The position numbers and the translations under genes were made by a program. 32,000 nt of DNA from Thermococcus kodakarensis KOD1 (GTDB lineage Archaea; Methanobacteriota_B; Thermococci; Thermococcales; Thermococcaceae): positions 1,200,001 through 1,232,000 of the forward strand of contig NC_006624.1 in NCBI RefSeq assembly GCF_000009965.1. Direction: 5' to 3'. Positions within the stretch are counted from its first letter, which is position 1. Each line of letters opens with the position of its first letter. This document shows positions 7,732 to 17,167 of the stretch, piece by piece. Under the pieces are notes generated by a model, which was given only the letters and a program-made list of their open reading frames with translations, made no database searches and had not been told where the DNA came from.

Positions 7732-8420
7732 TAATCGCCTTCGACTTCGACGGGACTCTTGCCGATACTTATTCATGCATCGAAGATGCTTTTAAGCGTG
7801 CTCTAGAAAAGCGCTACCGCTGGCTCCCCGGAAAAGCCCTCTGGGCGAAGCTGCTCACCAAAATAGAGTTTCAGTTCGAGAGGCCAACCTTTGGAAAGCA
7901 CAAGGGCAAAATTAAGTCCCCATTCTTCATGAGAACGAAGTTCTTTGAGACCTGGTTTGAGGAAAGGGCCAAGCTTAGCAAGCCGATTGACGACGCACCG
8001 GAACTCCTGAAGAAGCTTAAGGAGCAGGGTCACACTGTAATTTCCTTCTCGGCCGAAGACTTCATTGACGGAATGAAGGTCAAAAGGCTGAAGGCGATGG
8101 GGATATACGACCTCTTTGATGACGTCATTGTATTCGGAAGGGATTTGACGATAGAGGAGGCATTCAAGCTGGTGCGCGAGAAGTATGGCGACGATATCTT
8201 TATCTGGGTTGACGACAAGCCGTGGCGCTTCATAGGGCACGGCGATGAGAACACGGAATACGTCTGGTACTACTTCCCCATTACGGCGAAGTTCGTGGAG
8301 AAGAAGCGAGAGATGCTGGCTCTAATACCCCACCTCCACGTGATAAGGGATCTGTGGAGTCTGTTCGATGTAATCAAAAACGTCGAGAGGCAGAGGAGAA
8401 GTGCCAAAGAAAAAGCATAA
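7728..8420 (+). CDS. HAD-superfamily hydrolase
   Basis: Motif I DFDGTLADT at the N-terminus and a late VDDKP motif. ATGA start/stop overlap with the DOMON gene. Confidence 0.75.
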   Translation: MIIAFDFDGTLADTYSCIEDAFKRALEKRYRWLPGKALWAKLLTKIEFQFERPTFGKHKGKIKSPFFMRTKFFETWFEERAKLSKPIDDAPELLKKLKEQGHTVISFSAEDFIDGMKVKRLKAMGIYDLFDDVIVFGRDLTIEEAFKLVREKYGDDIFIWVDDKPWRFIGHGDENTEYVWYYFPITAKFVEKKREMLALIPHLHVIRDLWSLFDVIKNVERQRRSAKEKA

Positions 8421-8463
8421 AGTATTTTATTCTCTTTTTCCTACTTATTCCTAGGAGATGCCC

Positions 8464-9045
8464 ATGACCAATCCTCTAAAAAACAGGGTATTGATCCTCC
8501 TGCTGGTGCTGTTCGTGGTGATTACAGTACTATCAACAACCCCCTGGATGAACAAGATATCAGAGAGCATAAGATCAGCGGAACCAAATGTAACAGCCGT
8601 TTACATTGGAACCACAGCCCCCAACGGAACGTGGCAGTTCAAAGTAGAGGATAGGGTACTGACTGACTGTGTAGTGGCTTACGTTTACAACTACACCCCC
8701 CCTGGGAAGCTTGTTGTTTATGAGCTGGATTCTAAAGCACTCAAAGTAATTAACCCCTCCGAAGAAATACCTTCGTCCGAGTGCAAGGGAGAGCTGATAT
8801 ATGGATACCTCACTGCGAACTTCACGAAACTTCCTGAAACGTTAACCATAGACGTTTGGGTCGGAACAACCTCAACAAACGATGGGTACATATACTTCCG
8901 CCAGATTGGCGACTGGATGTTCATAAACGGCTCATACGTTGGATATAAAGCTCCCTCCCTAAGCAACAACTACATGCTGATGCCCATCAAAGAACTGGGA
9001 AAAATAACGAACTCGACCGGGATTCACGTGGTCAATCGCCGCTGA
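8464..9045 (+). CDS. Hypothetical N-terminally membrane-anchored extracellular protein
   Basis: One N-terminal TM helix (VLILLLVLFVVITVL) and several N-x-S/T sequons. The ATG at 8464 has GGAG 6 nt upstream; the ATG at 8458 is an alternative start. Confidence 0.5.
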   Translation: MTNPLKNRVLILLLVLFVVITVLSTTPWMNKISESIRSAEPNVTAVYIGTTAPNGTWQFKVEDRVLTDCVVAYVYNYTPPGKLVVYELDSKALKVINPSEEIPSSECKGELIYGYLTANFTKLPETLTIDVWVGTTSTNDGYIYFRQIGDWMFINGSYVGYKAPSLSNNYMLMPIKELGKITNSTGIHVVNRR

Positions 9046-9310
9046 GGTACTCCAGAGTGTCTTCAACAAACTCGTCATAATCTTCTTTTTCAGTTTCCTC
9101 AAGTCTCAGACGAAACTCCTTACCCAGCGACCATCTTATAGCAACGTCCCCCTTGTTTGTCTCAGCAATGATAAGTCCAAACGGGGCGTCACCCATCCAG
9201 TGATGCTTTGAAAAACCCACTTCAAACCCCCGCCTTCTCAGTTCCTCAAGTATCGTCTCATAAGTTTTTGAAGGATTGTAAGGACTTCGAGCGAACCCAA
9301 TGTAGGCCAT
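9032..9310 (-). CDS. Small hypothetical protein (92 aa, acidic C-terminus)
   Basis: GGGGTGAG SD 5 nt upstream of the ATG and host-like codon usage. Its 3' end overlaps the convergent gene by 14 bp. Confidence 0.5.
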   Translation of the reverse strand: MAYIGFARSPYNPSKTYETILEELRRRGFEVGFSKHHWMGDAPFGLIIAETNKGDVAIRWSLGKEFRLRLEETEKEDYDEFVEDTLEYLSGD

Positions 9311-9401
9311 CTTTACTCACCCCTGTGAAATACTGGTCAGAAGTTAAAACCTTTTCGGTTCCCCTAACAAAACTTAAAAGCCAAAGCACAAACTTTCTAC
9401 C

Positions 9402-10079
9402 ATGAAACCAAAACCTCTACCAGAGAAAGCACTAAAACTGGGAAAGAACGTTATCATAGCCGACGTTCACCTCGGCTACGAAATAGCGATGGCCAAAGAG
9501 GGGTTCTATCTCCCCAGGGTCTTTCACGACGTTGTTAGGAATTTGAAAAACATCATACAAAGGGAAAAGCCGAAGGGGCTGATAATAAACGGGGACTTCA
9601 AGCACTCATTTGTTCCTGAGTGGCGGGAAAAAACAGAGCTCAGAACTTTTCTCGAAGAGGTGTCTCCCCTGGTATCAGAGATAGTCTTAGTGAGGGGCAA
9701 CCACGACGTTGGCGTTCTTTGGCTGAAGGAACTTGGGGTTGAGATTGTGGATGAACTTGAAATTGGAAGATGGAAGCTCGTTCATGGGCACAAACTCGTG
9801 GAGGGTGAGAACTTCATAATCGGGCACGAACACCCCGCAATAAGACTGAGGGACGAGGTTGGGGCCGTTATCAAAGTGCCTGCGTTTCTAATGGGGAAAC
9901 ATCTGATAGTCCTGCCAGCGTTCAGCCCTTGGGCCTACGGCAACGATGTTTTGAGGGAGATCGTGTCCCCTTTTTTGAAGTACAGACGAGAGGACTTTAG
10001 AGTTTTAGTACCTGTGGGCAGGGAGGTTCTCGACTTTGGAACTCTATCAAAACTTCAGGAAGCCCTAAAAAGGCTGTAG
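9402..10079 (+). CDS. Metallophosphoesterase (calcineurin-like, ICC/COG1407 type)
   Basis: Motifs ADVHLG, NGDFKH, VRGNHD, HGH and GHEHP appear in canonical order. Confidence 0.75.
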   Translation: MKPKPLPEKALKLGKNVIIADVHLGYEIAMAKEGFYLPRVFHDVVRNLKNIIQREKPKGLIINGDFKHSFVPEWREKTELRTFLEEVSPLVSEIVLVRGNHDVGVLWLKELGVEIVDELEIGRWKLVHGHKLVEGENFIIGHEHPAIRLRDEVGAVIKVPAFLMGKHLIVLPAFSPWAYGNDVLREIVSPFLKYRREDFRVLVPVGREVLDFGTLSKLQEALKRL

Positions 10080-10111
10080 CAAAAGGTTTAAACATCGAAG
10101 GGCAGAATAAA

Positions 10112-10831
10112 ATGGAGGTCGCGAAGATGAGTCTCATAACGTATATCGCGTTCTTCGCCTACGCCCCGACACTCGCCATACTATGGTACTTTTACCACAA
10201 GGACAAATATGAGCCAGAGCCAAAGAGATACGTAGTGGCAACGTTCCTACTCGGAGCCACTCTGTCAGTCGGAATCTCATATATTCTTGAAAGCGTGCTC
10301 ACTATAGGGGGGATAATAAAGCCGATCCTACCTGCAACGGCCTTTTACGTTGCGCTAGTGGCGGGGATTGTAGAAGAGCCCGCAAAGGCACTCGCAATAA
10401 GGTACCCCTTCGCGGCGGGCCAGATAGACGGCATTATGGACGGGCTTGTCTACGGTGTCGCGGCAGGCCTTGGGTTCGCCGCCACTGAGAACTTCCTCTA
10501 CGGACTCGGCTGGGGAGTGGGAGTCACAATAGCGAGGGCTTTCTTAACACCATTTGCTCACGCCACGTGGAGTGCCATAGTAGGCGTGGGGTACGGGCTG
10601 GTGTCCGAGGGAAAAGCGTATTCAACGGGAAGCTTTCTGATCCTGGCAATGTTCCTGCACGCGATCTGGGACTATTTCGCGTTCCTCAGCGCTGGAATCC
10701 CTGCCTACAATCTAGTACTTATATTCCTTATCCTGCTCAACGCTGCAATACTGCGCTACTTCCTCATGCTAGCCGAGATGGAGGAGAGAAGCAAACTCTG
10801 GTACTACCTGTTCAGGAGGGGTATGCGGTGA
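10112..10831 (+). CDS. PrsW-family intramembrane protease-like membrane protein
   Basis: Polytopic protein with EEPAKAL, FAHATWS and HAIWDY motifs typical of PrsW. Alternative start at the ATG at 10127 (GGAGGT 7 nt upstream). Confidence 0.7.
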   Translation: MEVAKMSLITYIAFFAYAPTLAILWYFYHKDKYEPEPKRYVVATFLLGATLSVGISYILESVLTIGGIIKPILPATAFYVALVAGIVEEPAKALAIRYPFAAGQIDGIMDGLVYGVAAGLGFAATENFLYGLGWGVGVTIARAFLTPFAHATWSAIVGVGYGLVSEGKAYSTGSFLILAMFLHAIWDYFAFLSAGIPAYNLVLIFLILLNAAILRYFLMLAEMEERSKLWYYLFRRGMR

Positions 10832-11049
10832 AGGGGAAGGAAGTCCTAGATGAAGCACTCTTCGAGGCGAGGCCTTACGTCGAGTACTGGGATCGGCTTA
10901 AAGAGCTAGTTGAAAAACTGTGGGAAGAGGCCACTGATGAAAAGAACTTCATCGAGCTTCTCAATGAGGAAATGGAGAGGGCAAAGGAGCCGTTCAAGAC
11001 TGACCTCAAAATATTCCTTCAGAAATTTACGGCGTTGATAAGCGGATGA
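10828..11049 (+). CDS. Small acidic helical protein (73 aa), translationally coupled to the PrsW-like gene
   Basis: The GTG at 10828 overlaps the PrsW-like stop (GTGA), with AGGAGG 8 nt upstream. The longer ORF-track version (from 10567) overlaps the PrsW-like gene out of frame and is rejected. Confidence 0.45.
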   Translation: MKGKEVLDEALFEARPYVEYWDRLKELVEKLWEEATDEKNFIELLNEEMERAKEPFKTDLKIFLQKFTALISG

Positions 11050-11065
11050 ACGGAGGTGAGCCCAA

Positions 11066-11725
11066 ATGAAGGGCTCACGAGCGGTTCTAGGGGCTCTCAT
11101 AATTGGATTAGTTGTCCTTGGGGGCTACCTCTACACCCAGAGGGCCAGTGACCACTCGCCTCAAGTAGACACCAGTAGAGCACAGATTTTAGCCTATCTC
11201 GGCGGTTTGGACTGCTATTCCTATCATGAAAACATCACCACAATCATCGGGGACGAAACCATTGAGTCCTCAATAAATGGGAGCAGGATAAACGGGACGT
11301 ACTACTTTGAGGGCCAGCGCTCCGGACTGCACTGGTACGCCGTTGTCATCAACAACACGCTGAAGGAGCGTATCATGACAAACGGGACCACGAAGGACGT
11401 TAACATCACTCTCTCAAAGGACGAAAGGGCCATGTTCTTATCGGTTGATCCAGTTAAAATGGGTCTTCAGGCCGTCGGGGTGGGAAAACTTGTGGAAAAG
11501 AATAAGGACAAAATTACATACGCCTTTGAGATAACTCTGTCACCGAGCACAGACTTCAAAATGAACGGCACTGTTACCGTCCTCTGGGATGGTGGAAGGG
11601 TCACCAAACTTATATTCAACGTGGAAGTGTGGACACAGGGAAGACAGAGTGAAAATAGAACAATTATCGCAGCAATAAAAGAGAACTGTGTACAGCCCAA
11701 ATGGCTCAAAGAACTATCCCCATAG
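11066..11725 (+). CDS. Membrane-anchored extracellular protein, sequon-rich
   Basis: GGAGGTGA SD, an N-terminal TM helix and 8 N-x-S/T sequons. No catalytic motif. Confidence 0.55.
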   Translation: MKGSRAVLGALIIGLVVLGGYLYTQRASDHSPQVDTSRAQILAYLGGLDCYSYHENITTIIGDETIESSINGSRINGTYYFEGQRSGLHWYAVVINNTLKERIMTNGTTKDVNITLSKDERAMFLSVDPVKMGLQAVGVGKLVEKNKDKITYAFEITLSPSTDFKMNGTVTVLWDGGRVTKLIFNVEVWTQGRQSENRTIIAAIKENCVQPKWLKELSP

Positions 11726-11886
11726 TTTCTTCTGGATTGTCAAAGACCATTACATTATCTCACCTTTTCCCAATCTAGTGTTTTCGCATGTTTAAATATC
11801 AAACTAATTGCAATAACTCAGTATTCCAAAAAGTATTTAAACTCATATTCAAGGTTTATTATGAAACAACATACGGAGGTAATAAT

Positions 11887-12693
11887 ATGAGAAAAATCCT
11901 AACAACATTCCTCCTAGCTATAATAGTAGTTATGAGCGGCTGTATTGGAGAAAATGCTGGACTCACCAAGGAGAAGGTTCTAACGGCTATCCAGAACATA
12001 GAGACTGCCCGCTACAATGAAAGCTTCTCCATGAGCATGAACATATTTGATCCGAACACCAACAAGACGGTCAACGTGACGATGTCAGGCAGCATAGCCG
12101 GAGTCTTCAACAAGAGCGCGGGCATTGAAGCAGGCAATATGAACTTAACAACCCGCATGATGGGGATGGACATAAATATGAACTGGCCGTATTTCACCAA
12201 CGGCTCCGACGTATACTTTAATATCGACGGCAAATGGTACTTCGTCCCATCCAACAATGACCTCCACAACAGAGCCAGAGCCTCTCTAAATGTGGACTAT
12301 ATAGAGAAGCTCCTCAGGGAGAAAAACGTGACTTTCAAAAAACTAGGCGATGTCTACGCCTTCCGCGTTAACGTAACTTTCTGGGAGTTCGTCAACGCTA
12401 CTAACCAGACCACATACCTCAACGAGGCGTGGGGCCCGCTCTCCGACAACATAACGGTCAACACGAACGCTGGCTGGGTCGAGGTCCACTTCAGAGACGA
12501 CGGGACTCCAACGTTTATTGAGACCTACATAGACTTAACAATAATAATCCCTGATGAATTCCTGCAAGAACCCGTAACCATCCACGAGACAATCCACGAT
12601 TCAACGGTCTTTTCAGACATAAACAAGCCCACCAACATAACAATTCCAGAGGGAATAGAAAGCGCAGGAGACTTTGAGGAAGTATTTGGGTGA
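11887..12693 (+). CDS. Putative lipoprotein, sequon-rich
   Basis: Start reset to the ATG at 11887 (GGAGGT-AATAAT-ATG). Signal peptide with lipobox-like VMSGC. 12 N-x-S/T sequons. Confidence 0.6.
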   Translation: MRKILTTFLLAIIVVMSGCIGENAGLTKEKVLTAIQNIETARYNESFSMSMNIFDPNTNKTVNVTMSGSIAGVFNKSAGIEAGNMNLTTRMMGMDINMNWPYFTNGSDVYFNIDGKWYFVPSNNDLHNRARASLNVDYIEKLLREKNVTFKKLGDVYAFRVNVTFWEFVNATNQTTYLNEAWGPLSDNITVNTNAGWVEVHFRDDGTPTFIETYIDLTIIIPDEFLQEPVTIHETIHDSTVFSDINKPTNITIPEGIESAGDFEEVFG

Positions 12694-12697
12694 GGGG

Positions 12698-13042
12698 CTA
12701 AGCGCCCCTCGTGGCCACTATTTTTATCCCTTCCCACTCCGCAACCACTTGGCCAACGCTCACCGGTGCCTTGAGCTTAAGTTTTGCCAGGAACTTCATC
12801 AGCTCTGGTATCTTTTCCTTTGGAACGGGCTCCGCTGTTTTAACGCTCACCGTCGGGAGGGCACCGCCCTCAACTGGGACAACGCTCATGACGACCCTTT
12901 TTGGACTGGTAACTTCCTGAATTGCCCACTCCATTCCCCTAGGGCATTTACAACCCTTTACTTCCTTGACCTTACCGTTTTCGACGTCAACTTCAATGGA
13001 GCATCCGAGGGGGCAGACAATGCACGTGAAGCGGTATATCAT
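12698..13042 (-). CDS. DUF1667 protein (small Cys-rich third subunit of the G3P dehydrogenase-type operon)
   Basis: CIVCPLGC...GCKCPRG N-terminal Cys cluster. 4-nt ATGA overlap with the upstream oxidoreductase gene. Confidence 0.8.
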   Translation of the reverse strand: MIYRFTCIVCPLGCSIEVDVENGKVKEVKGCKCPRGMEWAIQEVTSPKRVVMSVVPVEGGALPTVSVKTAEPVPKEKIPELMKFLAKLKLKAPVSVGQVVAEWEGIKIVATRGA

Positions 13043-14307
13043 GCTCTCACCACCTCAACTGTGAGCCTTTCGCTGGCTTTCTGAATCTCCTCTGCCCTCA
13101 GCTTCAGCCGTATCATCTCGGCGGGTTTAACAACCGGGAGTCTGAGCTTCTTTCCAATCTCGGGAATCCTTAGCTCAACGTTCTCCATCGGCCTGGCGAC
13201 GCGGAGGTAGAGATAAACGTCGCGGTCGCCGCCGAGGTAGTGCGGAGCAATCAGGCGGACGTTCTGGCCCTTCTCAACTTTCACCCACTTCCTGCTCTCT
13301 ATTCCGCCATTCTCTATGAACTCCTTGGCACTCTTAGCCGCTAACTCTCCCTGCTCGGCCACGTAGTCAACGAGGTCGTTTATGAGGAGAGAGTTTCCGG
13401 CAACGAAGATTCCAGGAACGCTGGTTTCAAGACGGTCATTCACGACCGGACCCCCAGTGGCAGGGTCTATCTCGACGCCTATCTTCTTGAGCTTCTTGAC
13501 GCTCGGAATTAATCCAGCGGAGATAACCAGCGTATCGACCTCGATCCAGAACTCGCTTCCAGGAATCTCGTTGAAGTTCTCGTCAACCTTGACTACCCTA
13601 ACCCTCTGAACCCTTCCCTTTCCGCGGACTTCAACGACCTTGTGGCTCAAATAGAGGGGAATGTTGAAATCGCGAAGTATCATGACGTTCCTCGCAAGAC
13701 CGCCAGGATAGGGCATGAGCTCAACGACCGCCTTCACCTTTGCACCCTCAAGGGCGAACCTGCGCGCCATTATTAACCCCACATCTCCAGAGCCGACGAT
13801 GACGACCTCTTTGCCCGGGAGGACGCCGTAAATGTCCATGAGGGTTTGGGCCTCTCCTGCCGTATAGATTCCAGCGACACGGTCTCCTACGATGCCGATC
13901 TCAAAGGCGTGCCTCTCTCTTGCTCCGGCCGCGTAGATGATGGCCTTCGCCCAGACCTGATAAACTCCGGCGGGCGAGGTGAATATCACCACCTTCTCAA
14001 GGTCGGAGTAGTTCTTTATCTCCAGCACCCTCGCGGCTGTCCTGTACTCAACGCCGAGCTCCACCAGGCGCTTAGCGAGCCTCGACGCGAACTCCGGGCC
14101 TGTAAGCTCCTCCTTAAAGTAGTGGAGACCAAAGCCTGGGTGTATGCACTGCGGGAGGATTCCGCCTAAATAATCGTTCTCATCGAGGAGGAGTACGTTG
14201 AGCCCAAGCTCCTTGGCCTTTGCCGCGGCCGCCATTCCAGCCGGGCCACCGCCGATGACAACGACGTCGTAGGAGAGCATCGGTATCTGCGGCATCGGCT
14301 CCATCAT
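13039..14307 (-). CDS. FAD/NAD(P)-binding pyridine-nucleotide-disulfide-family oxidoreductase (NADH-oxidase-like subunit)
   Basis: VVVIGGGPAGMAAA and a second VVIVGSGDVG Rossmann motif. Start overlaps the glpA-like stop (ATGA). Confidence 0.8.
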   Translation of the reverse strand: MMEPMPQIPMLSYDVVVIGGGPAGMAAAAKAKELGLNVLLLDENDYLGGILPQCIHPGFGLHYFKEELTGPEFASRLAKRLVELGVEYRTAARVLEIKNYSDLEKVVIFTSPAGVYQVWAKAIIYAAGARERHAFEIGIVGDRVAGIYTAGEAQTLMDIYGVLPGKEVVIVGSGDVGLIMARRFALEGAKVKAVVELMPYPGGLARNVMILRDFNIPLYLSHKVVEVRGKGRVQRVRVVKVDENFNEIPGSEFWIEVDTLVISAGLIPSVKKLKKIGVEIDPATGGPVVNDRLETSVPGIFVAGNSLLINDLVDYVAEQGELAAKSAKEFIENGGIESRKWVKVEKGQNVRLIAPHYLGGDRDVYLYLRVARPMENVELRIPEIGKKLRLPVVKPAEMIRLKLRAEEIQKASERLTVEVVRA

Positions 14308-15794
14308 GCTTCCTCCCCCCTGAGAAGGGCCTTAACGTCGCCTATTCCAATCTCGCTTCCCCTTCCCTTGAGGGTTACCTCCCAGGGCTCGACGCCGTAT
14401 TCCCTGGCCAAAAGCTGGACAATCTTGGGCCTGCAGAAGCTTCCCTGGCAGGTTCCCGTTGTTGCCTTCGTCCTGAACTTTACGGAATCAACGCTCGGGG
14501 TCTTAACTCCTATGAACTTCATCCTCTCAATGGCCTCAAGGATATCGCCCTCGCTCACGTGGTTGCACCTGCACACTATCTTTCCGTAAGAGGGGTTCTT
14601 CTTTATCAGCTCGTTCGCCTTCTCTGGCGGGAGCATGAAGAAGTGGGTTATATCCTTCCTGTACGGGTTCCACTTTTCCTTCTCCACGAGATTAATTCCT
14701 AGATCGCGCTGGATTATGTCCCTGACCTCGTAGGCTATGGCTGGAGCGCTAGTTAAACCCGGAGAGCGTATTCCCGCGACGTTTATGAAGCCCCATACCT
14801 CTTCCTCAGCCTTGATTATGAAGTCCCCGCCGGTGGGTTCAGGCCTCAGCCCGGCGAAAGTCCTTATCACCTTGCTCTTCGGCGGGAGGTTCGGCCAGAG
14901 CTTTTTAGCACCCTCCCAGACCTCCCTTAGCCCCTCCTCCGTAGTGGCGAGGTTGTCCTTCTCCTCGGGCGGAAGGTCCTGGGCGTTCGGCCCTATCATG
15001 AGGTGGCCGCTTATTTCCGTTGTAACAACGATACCCTTGCTTATCGGCGTCGGCGTCGGGAAGAGAACCCTCCTCGGGCCGGGAACATCGTCGTCAAAGA
15101 GGTAGTATTCACCCTTCCTCGGGTGTATCTCGAAGTAGTCTATTCCGGCCATTCTAGCAATCTCATCGGCGTAGAGGCCTGCGGCGTTTATAACGATGTC
15201 CGCCTCGATGAAGCCGTTGTTGGTCTCGACGCCCTTAACCTCGCCGTTCTCAACCTTTATGCCCCTAACTTCCGTCTCAAGGTGGGTTTTGACGCCGTTA
15301 GCCACGGCGTTCTCAACCAGGGCTATAACCGCTGGAATCGGGCCGATCTGGCCAACTATCGGAACCCATAGAGCACCTATCGCCTCCCTCGTGAGGCCCG
15401 GCTCAAGGTGGAAGAGCTCATCCCTATCAACGATCCTCATTTCGGGGACGCCGTTTCTCCGCCCGCGCTCCAGAAGCTTCTCCAGCTCGTCGAAGTCCTC
15501 TTCCTTCGTGGCGACTATCAGAGCGCCGTTCCACACATGAGGAATTTGAAGCTCCTTAACCCACTGGTGCCAGAGGCGGTTTCCCCTGATGCAGAGCTTT
15601 GCCCTCATCGGATACTTCTCAGGGTCATCATCGTAGCCGCCGTGGATGAGGGCAGTGTTGGCTTTACTGACGCCCCAGCCAACGTCGGGAGCTTTCTCTA
15701 TTAGATGAACTTCCAGATTCTCATATTTGCTCAAGACGCGCGCTATACTCGCACCGCTTATCCCAGCACCGATGATGGCAACCTTGGTCTTCAT
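14304..15794 (-). CDS. glpA: FAD-dependent glycerol-3-phosphate dehydrogenase (GlpA-like, with BFD-type [2Fe-2S]-like CxC...C region)
   Basis: VAIIGAGISGASIA dinucleotide fold. C-terminal CRCNHVSEGD...CQGSFC. Genomic context with glpK. Start reset to the ATG at 15794 (GGAGGT plus 6 nt). Confidence 0.8.
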   Translation of the reverse strand: MKTKVAIIGAGISGASIARVLSKYENLEVHLIEKAPDVGWGVSKANTALIHGGYDDDPEKYPMRAKLCIRGNRLWHQWVKELQIPHVWNGALIVATKEEDFDELEKLLERGRRNGVPEMRIVDRDELFHLEPGLTREAIGALWVPIVGQIGPIPAVIALVENAVANGVKTHLETEVRGIKVENGEVKGVETNNGFIEADIVINAAGLYADEIARMAGIDYFEIHPRKGEYYLFDDDVPGPRRVLFPTPTPISKGIVVTTEISGHLMIGPNAQDLPPEEKDNLATTEEGLREVWEGAKKLWPNLPPKSKVIRTFAGLRPEPTGGDFIIKAEEEVWGFINVAGIRSPGLTSAPAIAYEVRDIIQRDLGINLVEKEKWNPYRKDITHFFMLPPEKANELIKKNPSYGKIVCRCNHVSEGDILEAIERMKFIGVKTPSVDSVKFRTKATTGTCQGSFCRPKIVQLLAREYGVEPWEVTLKGRGSEIGIGDVKALLRGEEA

Positions 15795-15953
15795 GTCCAC
15801 ACCTCCAAACTAAAAGGAAGAACTGATTCTCCAGTTTTAAAGCTTTCTTTAACCTTTAGTTTGGCTTAACGGAGATTAAAGAACGATTTTGGGCACAAAA
15901 AGGGAGAACAGAGGAGAACATGCCTCAAATGTATGAACATGTCCATGCCCTAT

Positions 15954-17090
15954 TTAGTATTCCTCTGCTTCATTCTCCATTTCTGTATCTTTAACCATTA
16001 TTAGTAGGGTGTTTATCCCAACGGATCCCTCTGGATGCTCAGGATCCTTAGGGAATTCAGGCCCAGATGGATTATCAAATGGATTCAAACCAATGAAGTA
16101 TTCATCAGTATTGTCAAATCTATTGAACTGAGAAACTAAGTAGCTTAAGTACATCCCTCTTTGTAGCTTGTTCTTCTTTTTTAGCCCTCCCAATGTTGAA
16201 ACTCTATGGGCAGTATCACTTAGAAGATCATGGATGATATGATTCCATCCACACTGACGGGAGCTAGAAAGACTAAGATTTGTGGAAAACGCCCACCCGT
16301 CATAACCTATCATCATTCCATAAATAGAACATCCAAATGGATAATTATGGCAACAACACCATGGGAAATAACAGATCCATGGGGGGCAATAGTATGACTT
16401 GTCACTGTCTAAAAATTCAAGTCTTGTTGTTTCACATTCCGGATAAATTCTGAGGTATTTTAAACCCCGTGATCTAGGTCTTCTCCAAGGGAATCTACGA
16501 GAATAAGTTTGGGGGTTTTGGTTTCCTTGTGTTCTGTGTCCACAGTTTTGTGTAGTAATACTGCAGGAGTTATTTTTAATATTACATTCGTCCGGTCTAG
16601 AAAACCTAAATCTAACATTCTCTTCGTATAATACATATTGGGCATCCTCCACTGGGTTATTACCAATCTTGGCTTGAGACAGAAACGCCCTGTTTATTAG
16701 AGGAAGGTTGTTCTGATCAACAAACGTGAATATAACGAGGAGATCACCTATTTCGCATCTCTTTTTGGATAGCCCACGGACACGAGGGTGATTGGGATCC
16801 AATTCTACTATGGGACTTTGATGGACAAAGATTCCCCCAAACTTTAGTTGAAAACCCTCTTTATCAAGTTTGTTTCCAGGTTTAGAATTAGGGAGAACAT
16901 TGTTTAGATATTCGAGACCATATCTTAGATATGCTCCTACATAAGTTGGTTCACTAGGGCGAGGATGATTTCTTACATGTGAAAATGCGTACCGCCAGCT
17001 GTTTTCTGAAAATATAAGAATTTCTCCCCAGTGCTTTTTTATTATTCTTCTAAATTTTTGATACCTGGATTGAATAGTGTATTTTCCCAT
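15954..17090 (-). CDS. Orphan Cys/Trp/Pro-rich protein of unknown function (378 aa from the ATG at 17090)
   Basis: Long uninterrupted ORF in AT-rich DNA, where random long ORFs are unlikely. GGTGAT SD 4 nt upstream of the ATG at 17090 (alternatives at 17096 and 17150). No signal peptide or TM helix. Contains YYCPPWICYFPWCCCHNYPFGC and CNIKNNSCSITTQNCGH clusters. No family I recognise. Confidence 0.55.
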   Translation of the reverse strand: MGKYTIQSRYQKFRRIIKKHWGEILIFSENSWRYAFSHVRNHPRPSEPTYVGAYLRYGLEYLNNVLPNSKPGNKLDKEGFQLKFGGIFVHQSPIVELDPNHPRVRGLSKKRCEIGDLLVIFTFVDQNNLPLINRAFLSQAKIGNNPVEDAQYVLYEENVRFRFSRPDECNIKNNSCSITTQNCGHRTQGNQNPQTYSRRFPWRRPRSRGLKYLRIYPECETTRLEFLDSDKSYYCPPWICYFPWCCCHNYPFGCSIYGMMIGYDGWAFSTNLSLSSSRQCGWNHIIHDLLSDTAHRVSTLGGLKKKNKLQRGMYLSYLVSQFNRFDNTDEYFIGLNPFDNPSGPEFPKDPEHPEGSVGINTLLIMVKDTEMENEAEEY

Positions 17091-17167
17091 TACCATCACC
17101 AGAAAAACTTTGTTGAGAAATAGTTTTAAATATTTTGTTATAAACATCATAACAAGAGATACTAAAA
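17091..17167. promoter_or_regulatory. Shared 77-bp divergent promoter region of the islet genes
   Basis: Near-palindromic AT tract TTTTAAATATTTT (17124-17136) and TTATAAAC (17138-17145). The ATG at 17168 lies about 25 nt downstream of the second, which suggests a leaderless OLD mRNA. On the opposite strand AAAATATTTAAAAC lies about 30-35 nt upstream of the partner gene start. Confidence 0.4.

Noticed and set aside
10567-11049. 160-aa version of the ORF overlapping the PrsW-like gene
   Set aside because: The first about 260 nt overlap the PrsW-like CDS out of frame. A GTG at 10828 with AGGAGG upstream, overlapping the PrsW-like stop, gives a compact coupled 73-aa gene instead.
15902-15950. 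Short direct repeats GGAGAACA x2 and GAACATG(c/t)C x2 at the left end of the islet
   Set aside because: They are very short, lie in AT-rich DNA and have no counterpart at the right junction. They are most likely chance or part of the terminator region of the orphan gene.
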